64,000 nucleotides of DNA. Source: Thermoproteota archaeon. GTDB lineage: Archaea; Thermoproteota; Thermoprotei; Gearchaeales; Gearchaeaceae. The notes under the pieces are model-generated. The model did no database searches. It had not been told where the DNA came from and saw only the letters and a list, made by a program, of their open reading frames with translations. Positions 19,364-29,360 of this stretch are shown piece after piece. Numbering within the stretch: the stretch's first letter is position 1; each line of letters begins with the position of its first letter. The translations under genes were made by a program, and so were the position numbers. The DNA lies in the NCBI GenBank assembly GCA_032249235.1, contig JAVVGF010000003.1:1-64000 (forward strand), given 5' to 3'.

Positions 19364-20134
19364 ATGAATGAAGCAACTCTGATATGCAAAGGAATCAAAA
19401 AACATTTTGGAGGCTTATATGCATTGGATGATGTAAATATTTCTTTAGAAAGAGGAAAATTTACGTTATTAATAGGACCAAATGGAAGTGGTAAAACTAC
19501 GTTAATAAATACAATAACAGGTTATTATATTCCCGACGAGGGTAAGATAATCTATGAAGGAAAAGATGTAACTAAGTTACCAATGCATGAAAAATTCAAG
19601 TTAGGAATTGTTAGAACTTTCCAAATTCCAAAGCCTTTTACCAAGCTTACAGTTATAGAGAACATGCTCATTGCAGCGAGAGACAATCCTGGAGAGCGTT
19701 TTATATATGCTCCTTTAAAGAGCAAATGGATTGATAAAGAGAAAGAAGCTTATGAAACTGCAATGTATTTATTGCAACAATTAAAGTTGGATAATTTATA
19801 CAATCAAGAGAGCTATAAGCTTAGCGGAGGCCAAATAAAACTTTTAGAGTTTGGAAGAGCACTCATGTGTAATGCAAAAGTTATTTTGCTTGATGAGCCA
19901 GGTGCAGGAATGGCTCCTTTTATTGCAAAAGAGCTATTCAAGACTCTTAAGGATGTAACAATCAAATTGAATCTTACTGTGTTAGTAGTTGAGCATAGAC
20001 TTGATATAGCCTTAGATTTTGCTGATTATGCATATGCAATGCACAATGGCAAAGTCATTGCAGAAGGAAATCCTTATGAGGTATTAAATAATGAAAAAGT
20101 TATAGAAAGTTATTTGGGGAGAAGAGGTGCTTGA
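19364..20134 (+). CDS. livG: Branched-chain amino acid ABC ATPase (LivG-like)
   Basis: FGGLYALD, GPNGSGKTT, RTFQIP, LSGGQ, LLDEPGAG, VEH. Confidence 0.9.
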   Translation: MNEATLICKGIKKHFGGLYALDDVNISLERGKFTLLIGPNGSGKTTLINTITGYYIPDEGKIIYEGKDVTKLPMHEKFKLGIVRTFQIPKPFTKLTVIENMLIAARDNPGERFIYAPLKSKWIDKEKEAYETAMYLLQQLKLDNLYNQESYKLSGGQIKLLEFGRALMCNAKVILLDEPGAGMAPFIAKELFKTLKDVTIKLNLTVLVVEHRLDIALDFADYAYAMHNGKVIAEGNPYEVLNNEKVIESYLGRRGA

Positions 20135-20834
20135 AATAAATAAGCTAAATGCAGGATATGGTAAATTGCAAGTGTTATTTGATGTTAACTTGAAAATTGA
20201 GAGAAATAAATTAACTGCAATTGTTGGTCCAAATGGAAGCGGAAAATCTACCTTGCTCAAAACCATCTTTGGTCTGACAAATATTTATTCAGGTGAAATA
20301 AAATTCGAAGGAAAAGATATTACACGAATAAAACCTCATGAAGTTGCAAGAATGGGAATTGCATATTTACCCCAGTTGGATAATGCTTTTACTGAATTGA
20401 CTATTGAAGAAAATTTAAAGATGGCTGCGTATACTCTTGAAGAAAGGGAAGCAAGAGAAAGAATAAAAGAAGTTTTGGAATTATTTCCAGTATTGAATAA
20501 GAAATTCAAGACTAAAGCACTTTATATGAGCGGTGGCGAGAGACAAATGCTCGCCATTGCAATGAACTTGATTAGAAGACCAAAACTAATGCTTTTCGAT
20601 GAACCAACAGGTAACCTAGCTCCTATTATTGTGAATCAAATACTTGATACTATAGTCAAGCTAGTTAGAGATAATGGCATTACAGTTGTGCTTGCTGAAC
20701 AGAATGCATTAAGAGCGTTAGAAATTTCTGACAAGGCTTATTTATTAGTGGGAGGTAAAGTAGCGTTTGAAGGCACTTCTAAGGATTTATTAGAACATAG
20801 TGAACTTGGAAGATTATATTTAGGACTTAAGTAA
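20127..20834 (+). CDS. livF: Branched-chain amino acid ABC ATPase (LivF-like)
   Basis: AGYGKLQVL, GPNGSGKST, MSGGERQMLA, DEPTGNLAP, EQN. Confidence 0.9.
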   Translation: MLEINKLNAGYGKLQVLFDVNLKIERNKLTAIVGPNGSGKSTLLKTIFGLTNIYSGEIKFEGKDITRIKPHEVARMGIAYLPQLDNAFTELTIEENLKMAAYTLEEREARERIKEVLELFPVLNKKFKTKALYMSGGERQMLAIAMNLIRRPKLMLFDEPTGNLAPIIVNQILDTIVKLVRDNGITVVLAEQNALRALEISDKAYLLVGGKVAFEGTSKDLLEHSELGRLYLGLK

Positions 20835-20835
20835 T

Positions 20836-21972
20836 CTAGGTTATTAAAGATAAAAGCTTGCTAGGATCAGATTTTTCTAATTCTGGGAATTTTTTATTTT
20901 CATTTATTTTTTTGATAATGTTTAATGGTTCAGCTTGTAAAGGAGAGAAATCATCGATCTCTTCTTTAAATAGTGGTATTGAAGCTAAGCCAGTTTTATA
21001 ATGTATGGAAAATGGTGCTCTTACATCACCTTGTGGTTTCATTGAAGACCAGTCAACTAATATTTTATCTTCTCTCTCTTCTTTATGAGCAACTTGGGAA
21101 GTCGTGAATTGTTTCAAATCTTTAAAATCAGGATATTTCTCTTCTATTATTTTTCTTTTATTTTGCAACCTTTTCTCTAGTACATTTTGAATTTTAACTG
21201 CTAATTTCCTATACTCAGCAAATAGATCTTCCTTTGTTTTGAATTTTGAATTATCAAATCTAGCCCAAATTTGAAAACCCCTTGAACCGCTGAATTTAAT
21301 CATTGGTTTTATTTCAAGTTCAACGAGCATTTCATAAAGTTCCTTTGTTACGAATTTCAAGAATTCAAATCCTCTTTCTTTCTCGAATATTTTCTTTCCA
21401 GCATCTAGATCCAAAACGAATAAATCTGGTTCATTCGCATTTAATTTATGTACATATGGTATGAAATCAATACAGTGGTCATGAACATATTCCATTAGCT
21501 TTTCTAAAGAATTTATTATAATATGCTGTGGCTTTGGTTTATATTTAGCATATCTAACAAATATAGGATCAATTTCCTCAATAGGGTTGTTCTTTCCAGA
21601 GAAGATTTTAACTACGCTTGTAGGTCTATCTTTTAAATAAGGAAGCATTAAATTTCCAACGACAGGATAATAATGCTTTGCTTTCCAAACTAAAATGTAT
21701 GATCTATTTAATATCTTTTCTTTTTCACGAATTAAATTAAAAATATATTCATGAATTTTATCTTCAGGCATATATTTACCATTAACATTCTTAATTAATC
21801 CTTCTTCTTCTAGAATTTTTAAATTTGAGATTATCTCATCTTTGCTCAAATCTCTTTTTTCAAAGAATTTTACATCTCTAGAGACTTTTTCGAAGATATG
21901 ATCAAAATCAACTAATTTACCTTTCTCTTTAATTGATAGCAAAAGTGCAATTCTTTCTTTTACGCTCATCAT
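20836..21972 (-). CDS. Stand-alone LigD-type archaeo-eukaryotic primase-polymerase with N-terminal winged-helix-like extension
   Basis: YLKDRP, PDLFVLDLDAG (DxD), KFSGSRGFQI, KILVDW, APFSIH...S.PL motifs of the LigD POL domain. Confidence 0.82.
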   Translation of the reverse strand: MMSVKERIALLLSIKEKGKLVDFDHIFEKVSRDVKFFEKRDLSKDEIISNLKILEEEGLIKNVNGKYMPEDKIHEYIFNLIREKEKILNRSYILVWKAKHYYPVVGNLMLPYLKDRPTSVVKIFSGKNNPIEEIDPIFVRYAKYKPKPQHIIINSLEKLMEYVHDHCIDFIPYVHKLNANEPDLFVLDLDAGKKIFEKERGFEFLKFVTKELYEMLVELEIKPMIKFSGSRGFQIWARFDNSKFKTKEDLFAEYRKLAVKIQNVLEKRLQNKRKIIEEKYPDFKDLKQFTTSQVAHKEEREDKILVDWSSMKPQGDVRAPFSIHYKTGLASIPLFKEEIDDFSPLQAEPLNIIKKINENKKFPELEKSDPSKLLSLIT

Positions 21973-22041
21973 AATTTAATAGTTATTGAAAAATAAAGGG
22001 TTAGCGTCAAGATTTATAATTCATAATCCATTAAATTATTA

Positions 22042-23508
22042 ATGAGTGAACATCTAAAGCATTTCATAAATGGCGAATTCGTTGATTCCTTTAGAAATGA
22101 AAAATTTGAATTCTTAAATCCTTCTAATAATGAGATAATAGGAACAATTCCTGTTGGATGTAAGGAAGATGTGGATTTGGCAGTCAAGGCTGCTAAAAAA
22201 GCTTTTGAAACTTGGAGCAAGACAAGTGTTTCGAAAAGATCAGAAATACTTCATGAAATAGCAAAACTTATAAGGAAAAATAAAGAAGAGCTTTCAAGAT
22301 TGGAAACGCTCAATACTGGAATACCTATTACGCAAGTTAGAAGTCAAATAGATAGAGCAGCTGAAAATTTCGATTTTTTTGCAGACATGGTAACAAAGCT
22401 AAGTGATGAAGTCTTCGTAGATGATGATAAATTCATAAACTATGTCATTAGAACCCCTATTGGTGTTGCAGGATTGATAACTCCTTGGAACACTCCTTTA
22501 ATGCTAGAAACTTGGAAGATCGCTCCTTGTTTAGCTGCAGGAGATACTTGTGTTTTAAAGCCTGCTGAATGGACTCCATTAAGCGCTAACAAGTTAGCTG
22601 AGATTATGCAAGAAGCAGGATTGCCTTCAGGAGTATTTAATATAGTTCATGGAATAGGTGAAATAAGCGGAGCTTCTCTTGTAGCTCATCCAGATGTTAG
22701 GCTAATTTCCTTCACTGGAGAAACGGTAACTGGTATGGAAATAATGCGAAACGGTGCATCTACACTTAAAAGATTTTCATTTGAGCTAGGTGGTAAAAAT
22801 CCTGCAATAATCTTTTCAGATGCAGATTTGAAAAAAGCATTGGATGCAGTAATATTTATGGCTTATTCTTTAAACGGTGAAAGATGCACAGCGAATTCTA
22901 GGGTATTGATTGAGGAATCCATCTATGAGGAATTCGTTGATATGCTATATGAAAGAGTTAAGAGGATTAGAATAGGAGATCCTTTTGATGAAAAAACTGA
23001 ACTAGGGCCTTTAGTAAGACCTGAACATTGGCAAAGAGTAAAAAATTACATTGATATTGGGATAAAAGAAGGAGCAAAACTAATCTATGGTGGTGATAGA
23101 CCTAAAGGATTCGAAAGAGGTAATTATCTAATGCCGACTTTATTTGCTGATGGAAATAGAGAAATGAAAATATTTAAAGAAGAAATATTTGGTCCAGTTC
23201 TTCTTGCAGTAAAATTCAAAGACGAAGAGGAAGCAATTTCTTTAGCTAACGATGTGATATATGGCTTAACTGCGTACATTTGGACAAAAGATATTCAAAG
23301 AGCAAATAGATTAGCCAAAGCAATTGAAGCTGGTATGGTATGGATAAATTCTCATAATGTAAGAGATCTTCGCACGCCATTCGGTGGAGCAAAATATAGT
23401 GGAATAGGTAGAGAGGGAGGCAAATACAGCTTCGATTTCTATATGGAAATAAAGACTATCCAAGTTGCTTTAGGTACGCATAAGATCCCAACCTTTGGGC
23501 TGAGCTGA
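22042..23508 (+). CDS. hpaE: 5-carboxymethyl-2-hydroxymuconate semialdehyde dehydrogenase
   Basis: ALDH motifs ITPWNTPLMLETWK, FTGET, ELGGK, SLNGERC, WINSHNVRDLRTPFGG; hpa context. Confidence 0.92.
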   Translation: MSEHLKHFINGEFVDSFRNEKFEFLNPSNNEIIGTIPVGCKEDVDLAVKAAKKAFETWSKTSVSKRSEILHEIAKLIRKNKEELSRLETLNTGIPITQVRSQIDRAAENFDFFADMVTKLSDEVFVDDDKFINYVIRTPIGVAGLITPWNTPLMLETWKIAPCLAAGDTCVLKPAEWTPLSANKLAEIMQEAGLPSGVFNIVHGIGEISGASLVAHPDVRLISFTGETVTGMEIMRNGASTLKRFSFELGGKNPAIIFSDADLKKALDAVIFMAYSLNGERCTANSRVLIEESIYEEFVDMLYERVKRIRIGDPFDEKTELGPLVRPEHWQRVKNYIDIGIKEGAKLIYGGDRPKGFERGNYLMPTLFADGNREMKIFKEEIFGPVLLAVKFKDEEEAISLANDVIYGLTAYIWTKDIQRANRLAKAIEAGMVWINSHNVRDLRTPFGGAKYSGIGREGGKYSFDFYMEIKTIQVALGTHKIPTFGLS

Positions 23509-23509
23509 A

Positions 23510-24964
23510 ATGGGCGCGAGGACAGGTAAAAGGTTTTTAGAAGAAATGGATAGCAAGAAAAGAGAAATATGGTACGGTAATGAAAAAATAACCTATAACA
23601 TAACTAAACATCCAGCTTTCAAAGGTGTTGCTAATACGCTTGCTAAGCTATATGATTTGCAACATGATCCTGAACTTAGGGATATAATGACATATATATC
23701 ACCCACAACAGGAGAAAGGGTTGGAATGAGCTTCTTACAACCTAAAACGAAAGAAGATTTAGCTAAAAGGACTATGATGATGAAGATTTGGGCAGATCAT
23801 AGTTTTGGCTTATTGGGAAGAACGCCAGATTACTTGAATAGTGCTTTAATGGCTATGGCTGCAGCTGCTGAATTTTTCGGAAAAGGTAAAGTTGACTTTG
23901 CAGAAAATATAAGAAGATATTATGAATATGTTCGCGAAAATGATCTTTGTTTAACTCATACATTAATAAATCCGCAAGTCAATAGATCAATAACAAGTCC
24001 TTCAAAGCTACCAGATCCTTATATTGCTGCAAGAATTTTAGAAAAAACATCTGAAGGAGTTGTAATAAGAGGAGCAAGAATGCTTGCAACGCTTCCTTTG
24101 GCTGATGAAATTTTAGTTTTTCCATCAACAGTTCTGAAATCTGGACAAGATGATGCACCTTATGCAATGGCTTTTGCTCTTCCTGTAGATACGCCTGGCT
24201 TGAAATTCATTTGCAGAGAAAGCTTTGCTCATAATTCAAGTTTCGATCATCCTTTAGCTTCAAGATTTGATGAACAAGATGCTGTAGTCGTTTTCGACGA
24301 TGTCCTAGTTCCATGGGAAAGGATATTCATAATGGAAGATCCTGAAAAATGTAACATGTATGCTGAAGCAACAAGCGCAGTTATATTCATGGCTCATCAA
24401 TCTTTGGTAAGAGAATTATCTAAATGCGAATTCGTATTAGGCTTAGCTACTCTTATTGCAGAAACGATAGGAATTGATCAATATCCAAATGTTCAAGAGA
24501 AAATAGCAGAATTAATAATGCTAACAGAAACCATGCGTGCTTTTCTGGTTGCAAGCGAAGCTAGTGCAAGGCTTAACAAATGGGGAATAATGACTCCTGA
24601 TCATGCATTTTTACATGCTGCTAGAAATCTTTGGCCCAGAGTAGCACATACTTTAAATCTTACAATTAGACAATTAGGCGCAAGCGGCTTGATGGCTATA
24701 CCTCCTGCTGAGGCATTGAATTCAGAAATTAGACAGTATATCGATAAATACTATCAAGCTAAAATGGCAAATGCAGAAGAAAGAATTAAGTTGTTTAAGC
24801 TTGCATGGGATTTCGTAGGTAGTTCCTTTGGAAGTAGACAAGATTTATATGAATATTTCTTCTTTGGTGATCCATTTAGAATGGCTTCTAACCTTTACAA
24901 TTGGTATACTAGAAAAGATGAATATAAGAAAAGAGTAAAGGATTTCTTAGATAACATAAAATGA
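23510..24964 (+). CDS. hpaB: 4-hydroxyphenylacetate 3-monooxygenase, oxygenase component
   Basis: GRTPDYLN, THTLINPQVNR, GARMLAT, DHPLASRFDEQDA, RQDLYEYFFFGDP. Confidence 0.94.
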   Translation: MGARTGKRFLEEMDSKKREIWYGNEKITYNITKHPAFKGVANTLAKLYDLQHDPELRDIMTYISPTTGERVGMSFLQPKTKEDLAKRTMMMKIWADHSFGLLGRTPDYLNSALMAMAAAAEFFGKGKVDFAENIRRYYEYVRENDLCLTHTLINPQVNRSITSPSKLPDPYIAARILEKTSEGVVIRGARMLATLPLADEILVFPSTVLKSGQDDAPYAMAFALPVDTPGLKFICRESFAHNSSFDHPLASRFDEQDAVVVFDDVLVPWERIFIMEDPEKCNMYAEATSAVIFMAHQSLVRELSKCEFVLGLATLIAETIGIDQYPNVQEKIAELIMLTETMRAFLVASEASARLNKWGIMTPDHAFLHAARNLWPRVAHTLNLTIRQLGASGLMAIPPAEALNSEIRQYIDKYYQAKMANAEERIKLFKLAWDFVGSSFGSRQDLYEYFFFGDPFRMASNLYNWYTRKDEYKKRVKDFLDNIK

Positions 24965-25953
24965 GCTTCGACATTATAAGAGCTGGTCATGCAGAATTGC
25001 TTGTCAGAGATTTAAACAAATCATATGACTTCTATGTAGATACCTTAGGCTTTAAGCTTGTATATGAAGATAGTGATCATATATACTTAAGGGGATATGA
25101 GGAAAGATATCATCATTCCCTATGCCTAACTAAATCTAATAAAGCAGCTGCACATCACATAGCATTCAAAGTAAGAAGCTTTGAAGATTTAAAAGAACTT
25201 GAAAATTTCTTTTTGAAGAATGATATTGAGGTTACATGGATTGAAAAAGACTTTGAATTAGGCTTGGGCAAGGCAATAAGAATTCAAGACCCTCTAGGAT
25301 TTCCTGTAGAATTTTATAGTGAAATGCAAAAAGCTGAATGGTCTTTGCAAAAATATCATGAGTACAGAGGTGCTAAAATATTGCGAATTGATCATTTTAA
25401 CATTCATGTTCATGATGTTAAGAAGGCTTTTGAATGGTATAAAAAACTAGGTTTCGTAGTCACGGAAATAACTGAAACAGAAGAAGAACCTCCGAGAATT
25501 TGGGCAGCATGGCTTAGAAGAAAACATACATCGCATGATATTGCTTTGACAAACGGATACGGTCCAAGACTTCATCATATTGCCTTCTACGTGCCAGACA
25601 GGCTAGCAATATTGGATGCAGCAGATATCCTTGCTTCGAAAGATTATATAAAGAATATGGAAAGAGGGCCTGGAAGACATGGGATAACGAATGCTTTCTT
25701 CTTCTACTTAAGAGATCCTGACGGTCATAGGATTGAATTATATACAGGAGACTATTTGAGTTCTGATCCAGATTGGGAACCTATTATTTGGAAGTTTCAT
25801 GATCCTAAAAGACAAACACTTTGGGGAATGCCTGCACCAGCAAGCTGGTTCGAAGAATCTTCTCTTGTTTTAAATTTGAAAAACAATGAAACTATGCCTT
25901 TGAATGAGCCTTCATTACCGATTAAGCCAAAATATTTAGAGGTAACTCATTAA
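24961..25953 (+). CDS. hpaD: 3,4-dihydroxyphenylacetate 2,3-dioxygenase (VOC extradiol)
   Basis: YLRGYEERYHHSL, DHFN, HDIALT.G.GPRLHH, ERGPGRHGITNAF..YLRDPDGHRIELY. Confidence 0.94.
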   Translation: MSFDIIRAGHAELLVRDLNKSYDFYVDTLGFKLVYEDSDHIYLRGYEERYHHSLCLTKSNKAAAHHIAFKVRSFEDLKELENFFLKNDIEVTWIEKDFELGLGKAIRIQDPLGFPVEFYSEMQKAEWSLQKYHEYRGAKILRIDHFNIHVHDVKKAFEWYKKLGFVVTEITETEEEPPRIWAAWLRRKHTSHDIALTNGYGPRLHHIAFYVPDRLAILDAADILASKDYIKNMERGPGRHGITNAFFFYLRDPDGHRIELYTGDYLSSDPDWEPIIWKFHDPKRQTLWGMPAPASWFEESSLVLNLKNNETMPLNEPSLPIKPKYLEVTH

Positions 25954-26465
25954 AACCACCAATCTTCGATTATTTCAAGTTTTTCAGGGCTTATCAACGT
26001 GATATATTGCTGATTATAATATATGAGAGGATTTTTATCGCTAAGCTTTTTGGCATTTATTACTTCACCTAAAAAAATTGAATGATCACCGCCATCGTAA
26101 ATTGAATATTTTTTGCATTCAATATAAGCCCTCACACCTTTAATTATTGGGCATCCTGTCTTATCAAAGAAATATTCAACGGCTTCAAATCTATCTTTTA
26201 CCTTAACTCTTCCTGAAAATATGTCTGATACAATTTTTTGATCTTCTGCAAGGAAGTTAATAGTGAAGAATTCAGATTCAAGCATAATATTGTGTATACT
26301 TGATTGCTTAGAAATTGAAACCATGACTAAAGGAGGATCGAGCGATATGCTAGTAAATGCGCTAACTGTTAAACCAAAAAATCTGTTATCTTTTTTTGTA
26401 GTAACTACAGTTACACCTTGAGGATATATTCTCATTACCAGTCTTAGCGCTTCTTTAATATCCAC
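25950..26465 (-). CDS. hpaC: Flavin reductase (HpaC-like)
   Basis: GVTVVT, GLTVSAFTSISLDPPL, GGDHSIFLGEV, PLIY. Confidence 0.88.
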   Translation of the reverse strand: MDIKEALRLVMRIYPQGVTVVTTKKDNRFFGLTVSAFTSISLDPPLVMVSISKQSSIHNIMLESEFFTINFLAEDQKIVSDIFSGRVKVKDRFEAVEYFFDKTGCPIIKGVRAYIECKKYSIYDGGDHSIFLGEVINAKKLSDKNPLIYYNQQYITLISPEKLEIIEDWWF

Positions 26466-26488
26466 AATAAAACTTTGTTTATGTTGAT

Positions 26489-27229
26489 TTAATTTTCTTC
26501 TACTATTTTATTAGTCAATGTACCTATCTTGTCTATTGTTATTTCTATTAAGTCATTTGGTTTCAAAGGAGATATTCCTCTTGGTGTTCCCATTAGAATT
26601 ACATCACCAGGATATAAAGTCATGAAAGAACTCAAAAATGCTATTACTTTAGGAATAGGATGTATGAATGATCTCGTATTCCCTTTTTGTTTCAATTCTC
26701 CATTTACCTTTGTTATTATCTCAAATTCTGTTTCTTCGCCAATTTCATCTCTTGTTACGATGAATGGTCCTAAAGGCAAAAAGGTATCGAAACCTTTTGC
26801 TTTTATTGGCGGTCTGAAAAAGCTAGTTATGAAATCTCTTGCTGTCACATCATTAGCAATGGTATAGCCTAAAACATAATTCATCGCCTCGCTTTCTTTT
26901 ACATTCCTACATCTTGAACCGATAACAACAGCAAGTTCTCCTTCATAATGAACAAATTTTGCTCCTTTAGGATATATTATGTTTTCTAAATGACCTACAA
27001 GCGTATTATTAGGCTTAAGAAATATGATTGGATCTTCAGTTATGCTTAAACCTAGTTCTTCTGCATGTTCCTTAAAATTCAAAGCAAGACCTATTATCTT
27101 ACTAGGTTCGCAAGGAGGAAGCCATTTAGCATTTTCTATTTTAATTGCGCCTTCTTTTGTTATTAAATATTTTTCTTCAATAAATCCACTATATATTTTG
27201 TCATCAATTTTCAATCTTGCAATTTTCAT
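26489..27229 (-). CDS. hpaG: Fumarylacetoacetate hydrolase family, HpaG-like isomerase/decarboxylase
   Basis: GLALNFKEHA, FLKP, HYEGELAVVIG, GYTIANDVT, RPPIKAKGFDTFLPLGP, GTP. Confidence 0.85.
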   Translation of the reverse strand: MKIARLKIDDKIYSGFIEEKYLITKEGAIKIENAKWLPPCEPSKIIGLALNFKEHAEELGLSITEDPIIFLKPNNTLVGHLENIIYPKGAKFVHYEGELAVVIGSRCRNVKESEAMNYVLGYTIANDVTARDFITSFFRPPIKAKGFDTFLPLGPFIVTRDEIGEETEFEIITKVNGELKQKGNTRSFIHPIPKVIAFLSSFMTLYPGDVILMGTPRGISPLKPNDLIEITIDKIGTLTNKIVEEN

Positions 27230-28110
27230 ATCTTGAAATATAATCTTAAAACTTCGATAAGTTTTCTTTTCTTCTCATCTGATAAAGGAACTAAAGGGGG
27301 TCTAAAATATGGCTTTATCATACCTAGCATACCCATAGCAGTTTTTAGCGGTATAGGATTTGTATCAATGAATAAAGCTTCATTTATAGGCAATAGTTTG
27401 TAATGCAATTTTTTAGCTTCTTCATATTTTCCTTGTTTCACTAATTCATATAGATCTGCTAATTCCCTAGGTAGCAAGTTGGCAGTTGCACTGAAATATC
27501 CTGCACCGCCTATTGCAAGTAAAGGATAGCACAAAGATTCGATTCCTGAATAAACAAGAAAATCTTCACCGCATTCAAGAATATCTTTACTCATTTGATC
27601 GAAATTTGTATTAGCTTCTTTAACTCCAACAATATTTTTACAACTTTCTTTTAATCTCTTCAAAGTCTTGGGTTCAATATTAGTTCCTGTTCTTGCAGGT
27701 ATGTTATAAATTATGATTGGCAAAGAAACACTTTCTGCTATTTTTTTGAAATACTCAAAGATGCCTTCTTGATTAGGTCTTGAATAATATGGTACAGCAA
27801 TGAGTAATGCATCGCATCCTATCCTTTCTGCTTTTTTACTTAAATCAATTGTTTCAGAAAGATTTGAAGATCCTGTGCTTGCAACAACAGGTACTTTTCC
27901 TGAAGCTTCTTGAACAGCTATTTCAAATAATGTTTCTTTCTCTTCTCGACTTAACAAAGTCATTTCTCCAGTGCTTCCTGCAATAGAAATTCCATGACTT
28001 TTGTTTTCTATTTGCCATTCTATCAACTTTCTAAATGTAGGTATATCTATTTTCAATTCTTCATCATAAGGTGTTACAAGGGGCACAATAGAACCTTTTA
28101 ATCTTTCCAT
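27226..28110 (-). CDS. hpaI: DapA-fold 2,4-dihydroxyhept-2-ene-1,7-dioate aldolase (HpaI)
   Basis: GSIVPLVTP, GSTGE, YNIPART, GVKE, YSGIESLCYP, DTNPIPLK; DapA-like protein inside the hpa cluster. Confidence 0.82.
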   Translation of the reverse strand: MERLKGSIVPLVTPYDEELKIDIPTFRKLIEWQIENKSHGISIAGSTGEMTLLSREEKETLFEIAVQEASGKVPVVASTGSSNLSETIDLSKKAERIGCDALLIAVPYYSRPNQEGIFEYFKKIAESVSLPIIIYNIPARTGTNIEPKTLKRLKESCKNIVGVKEANTNFDQMSKDILECGEDFLVYSGIESLCYPLLAIGGAGYFSATANLLPRELADLYELVKQGKYEEAKKLHYKLLPINEALFIDTNPIPLKTAMGMLGMIKPYFRPPLVPLSDEKKRKLIEVLRLYFKI

Positions 28111-28158
28111 ATCCTATTTTTTCTTCTATAAATTTAAGTAAAAATCGAATTTAATTAT

Positions 28159-29328
28159 ATGGAAGAACTCTCTAGCCTTACTTCTAAGTTAATTCAATTT
28201 CCATCGATAAATCCACCAAAAAGTGAAGAAAACATGCGAAATATTGCAGCTTATATAAAGGATTGGTTTAAAGAGAATGGTATAGAAGCTAGGATAAAAG
28301 AATATCAAAAAGGATGGCCTACAGTGATTGCAGAGATAGGAAAGGGAGAGAAAACAGTTTTAATGAATGGTCACTTTGATGTAGTTCCAACAGGAGATGA
28401 GAATTCGTGGAAGAAAAAGCCTTTTGGAGGAGAAATTATTGAAGGGAAAATATTCGGAAGAGGAGCTAGCGATATGAAGAGTGGTGTTGCTCTTGCAATG
28501 ATACTATTAAGAGAATTAGCGGATAAAATAAATTATAAGTTAGTATTTACAGGTGTTTCTGATGAAGAAACTGGTGGCTTTAATTGTTCAAAGTTCATTT
28601 CACAAGAATACAATCCAGACTTAGTTCTAATAACAGAACCTTCTGGCCCTAATTCTATAATAATAGGAGAAAAAGGTCTTTTACAATTAAGATTAAAATC
28701 AAAAGGAATCCCGGCTCATGGTAGTATACCTTCAATGGGTGTTAATGCAATAGAATTATTAATAAAAGACTTGTTAAGCTTAAGCAATATTTCAAAGATT
28801 GAGCTGAACATTTCACAAGAACTGAGACAAATTTTAGAAAATACAATCATTAGGCTAAAAGAAGAGCTTGGAAAAGAACTTAAAGAAGTCAAAGCAATAT
28901 CCTTCAATATTGGTTTGATAAAAGGCGGAGTTAAAGTTAATGTAGTAGCAGATTATTGTGAAGCAGAAGTGGATATGCGCATTCCTCCTGGCATAACTTT
29001 TGATGAAGCCTATGAAAAAGCAAAGTCTTTCATCACTCATAGTTCTGTTGAAATAATACAGAAATCGAATCCAAATTATACTTCGCCAAACAATGAATAT
29101 GTTCAAAAATTGAAGATGATAATCGAGAAGAAATTAGCTACGAAAGCTATGGAAATAATAATAACAGGAGCTACAGATGGAAGATATTTCAGGGAAAAAG
29201 GAATACCTGTTATAATTTATGGTCCTGGAAAGCTTGGACAAGCTCATGTATACGATGAACATGTACTCATTGAAGATTTGAATAAATGTTATGTAGTTCT
29301 GAAAGAATTTTTATTGAACTTAAATTAA
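28159..29328 (+). CDS. M20 metallopeptidase/deacylase (ArgE/DapE family)
   Basis: NGHFDVVP, GRGASDMK, DEETGG, EP, GATDGRY, AHVYDE. Confidence 0.9.
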   Translation: MEELSSLTSKLIQFPSINPPKSEENMRNIAAYIKDWFKENGIEARIKEYQKGWPTVIAEIGKGEKTVLMNGHFDVVPTGDENSWKKKPFGGEIIEGKIFGRGASDMKSGVALAMILLRELADKINYKLVFTGVSDEETGGFNCSKFISQEYNPDLVLITEPSGPNSIIIGEKGLLQLRLKSKGIPAHGSIPSMGVNAIELLIKDLLSLSNISKIELNISQELRQILENTIIRLKEELGKELKEVKAISFNIGLIKGGVKVNVVADYCEAEVDMRIPPGITFDEAYEKAKSFITHSSVEIIQKSNPNYTSPNNEYVQKLKMIIEKKLATKAMEIIITGATDGRYFREKGIPVIIYGPGKLGQAHVYDEHVLIEDLNKCYVVLKEFLLNLN

Positions 29329-29360
29329 ATAATTTTATTCTTGAATGAATATACCAGCAT

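Noticed and set aside
20836-21972. CRISPR-associated Prim-Pol (CAPP) linked to cas6
   Set aside because: 15 kb from cas6, no cas1/cas2, and the motifs are LigD-type.
27226-29328. dapA/dapE lysine biosynthesis pair
   Set aside because: The DapA-like gene is coupled to hpaG and has HpaI-type motifs. The M20 enzyme is generic and no other dap genes are present.
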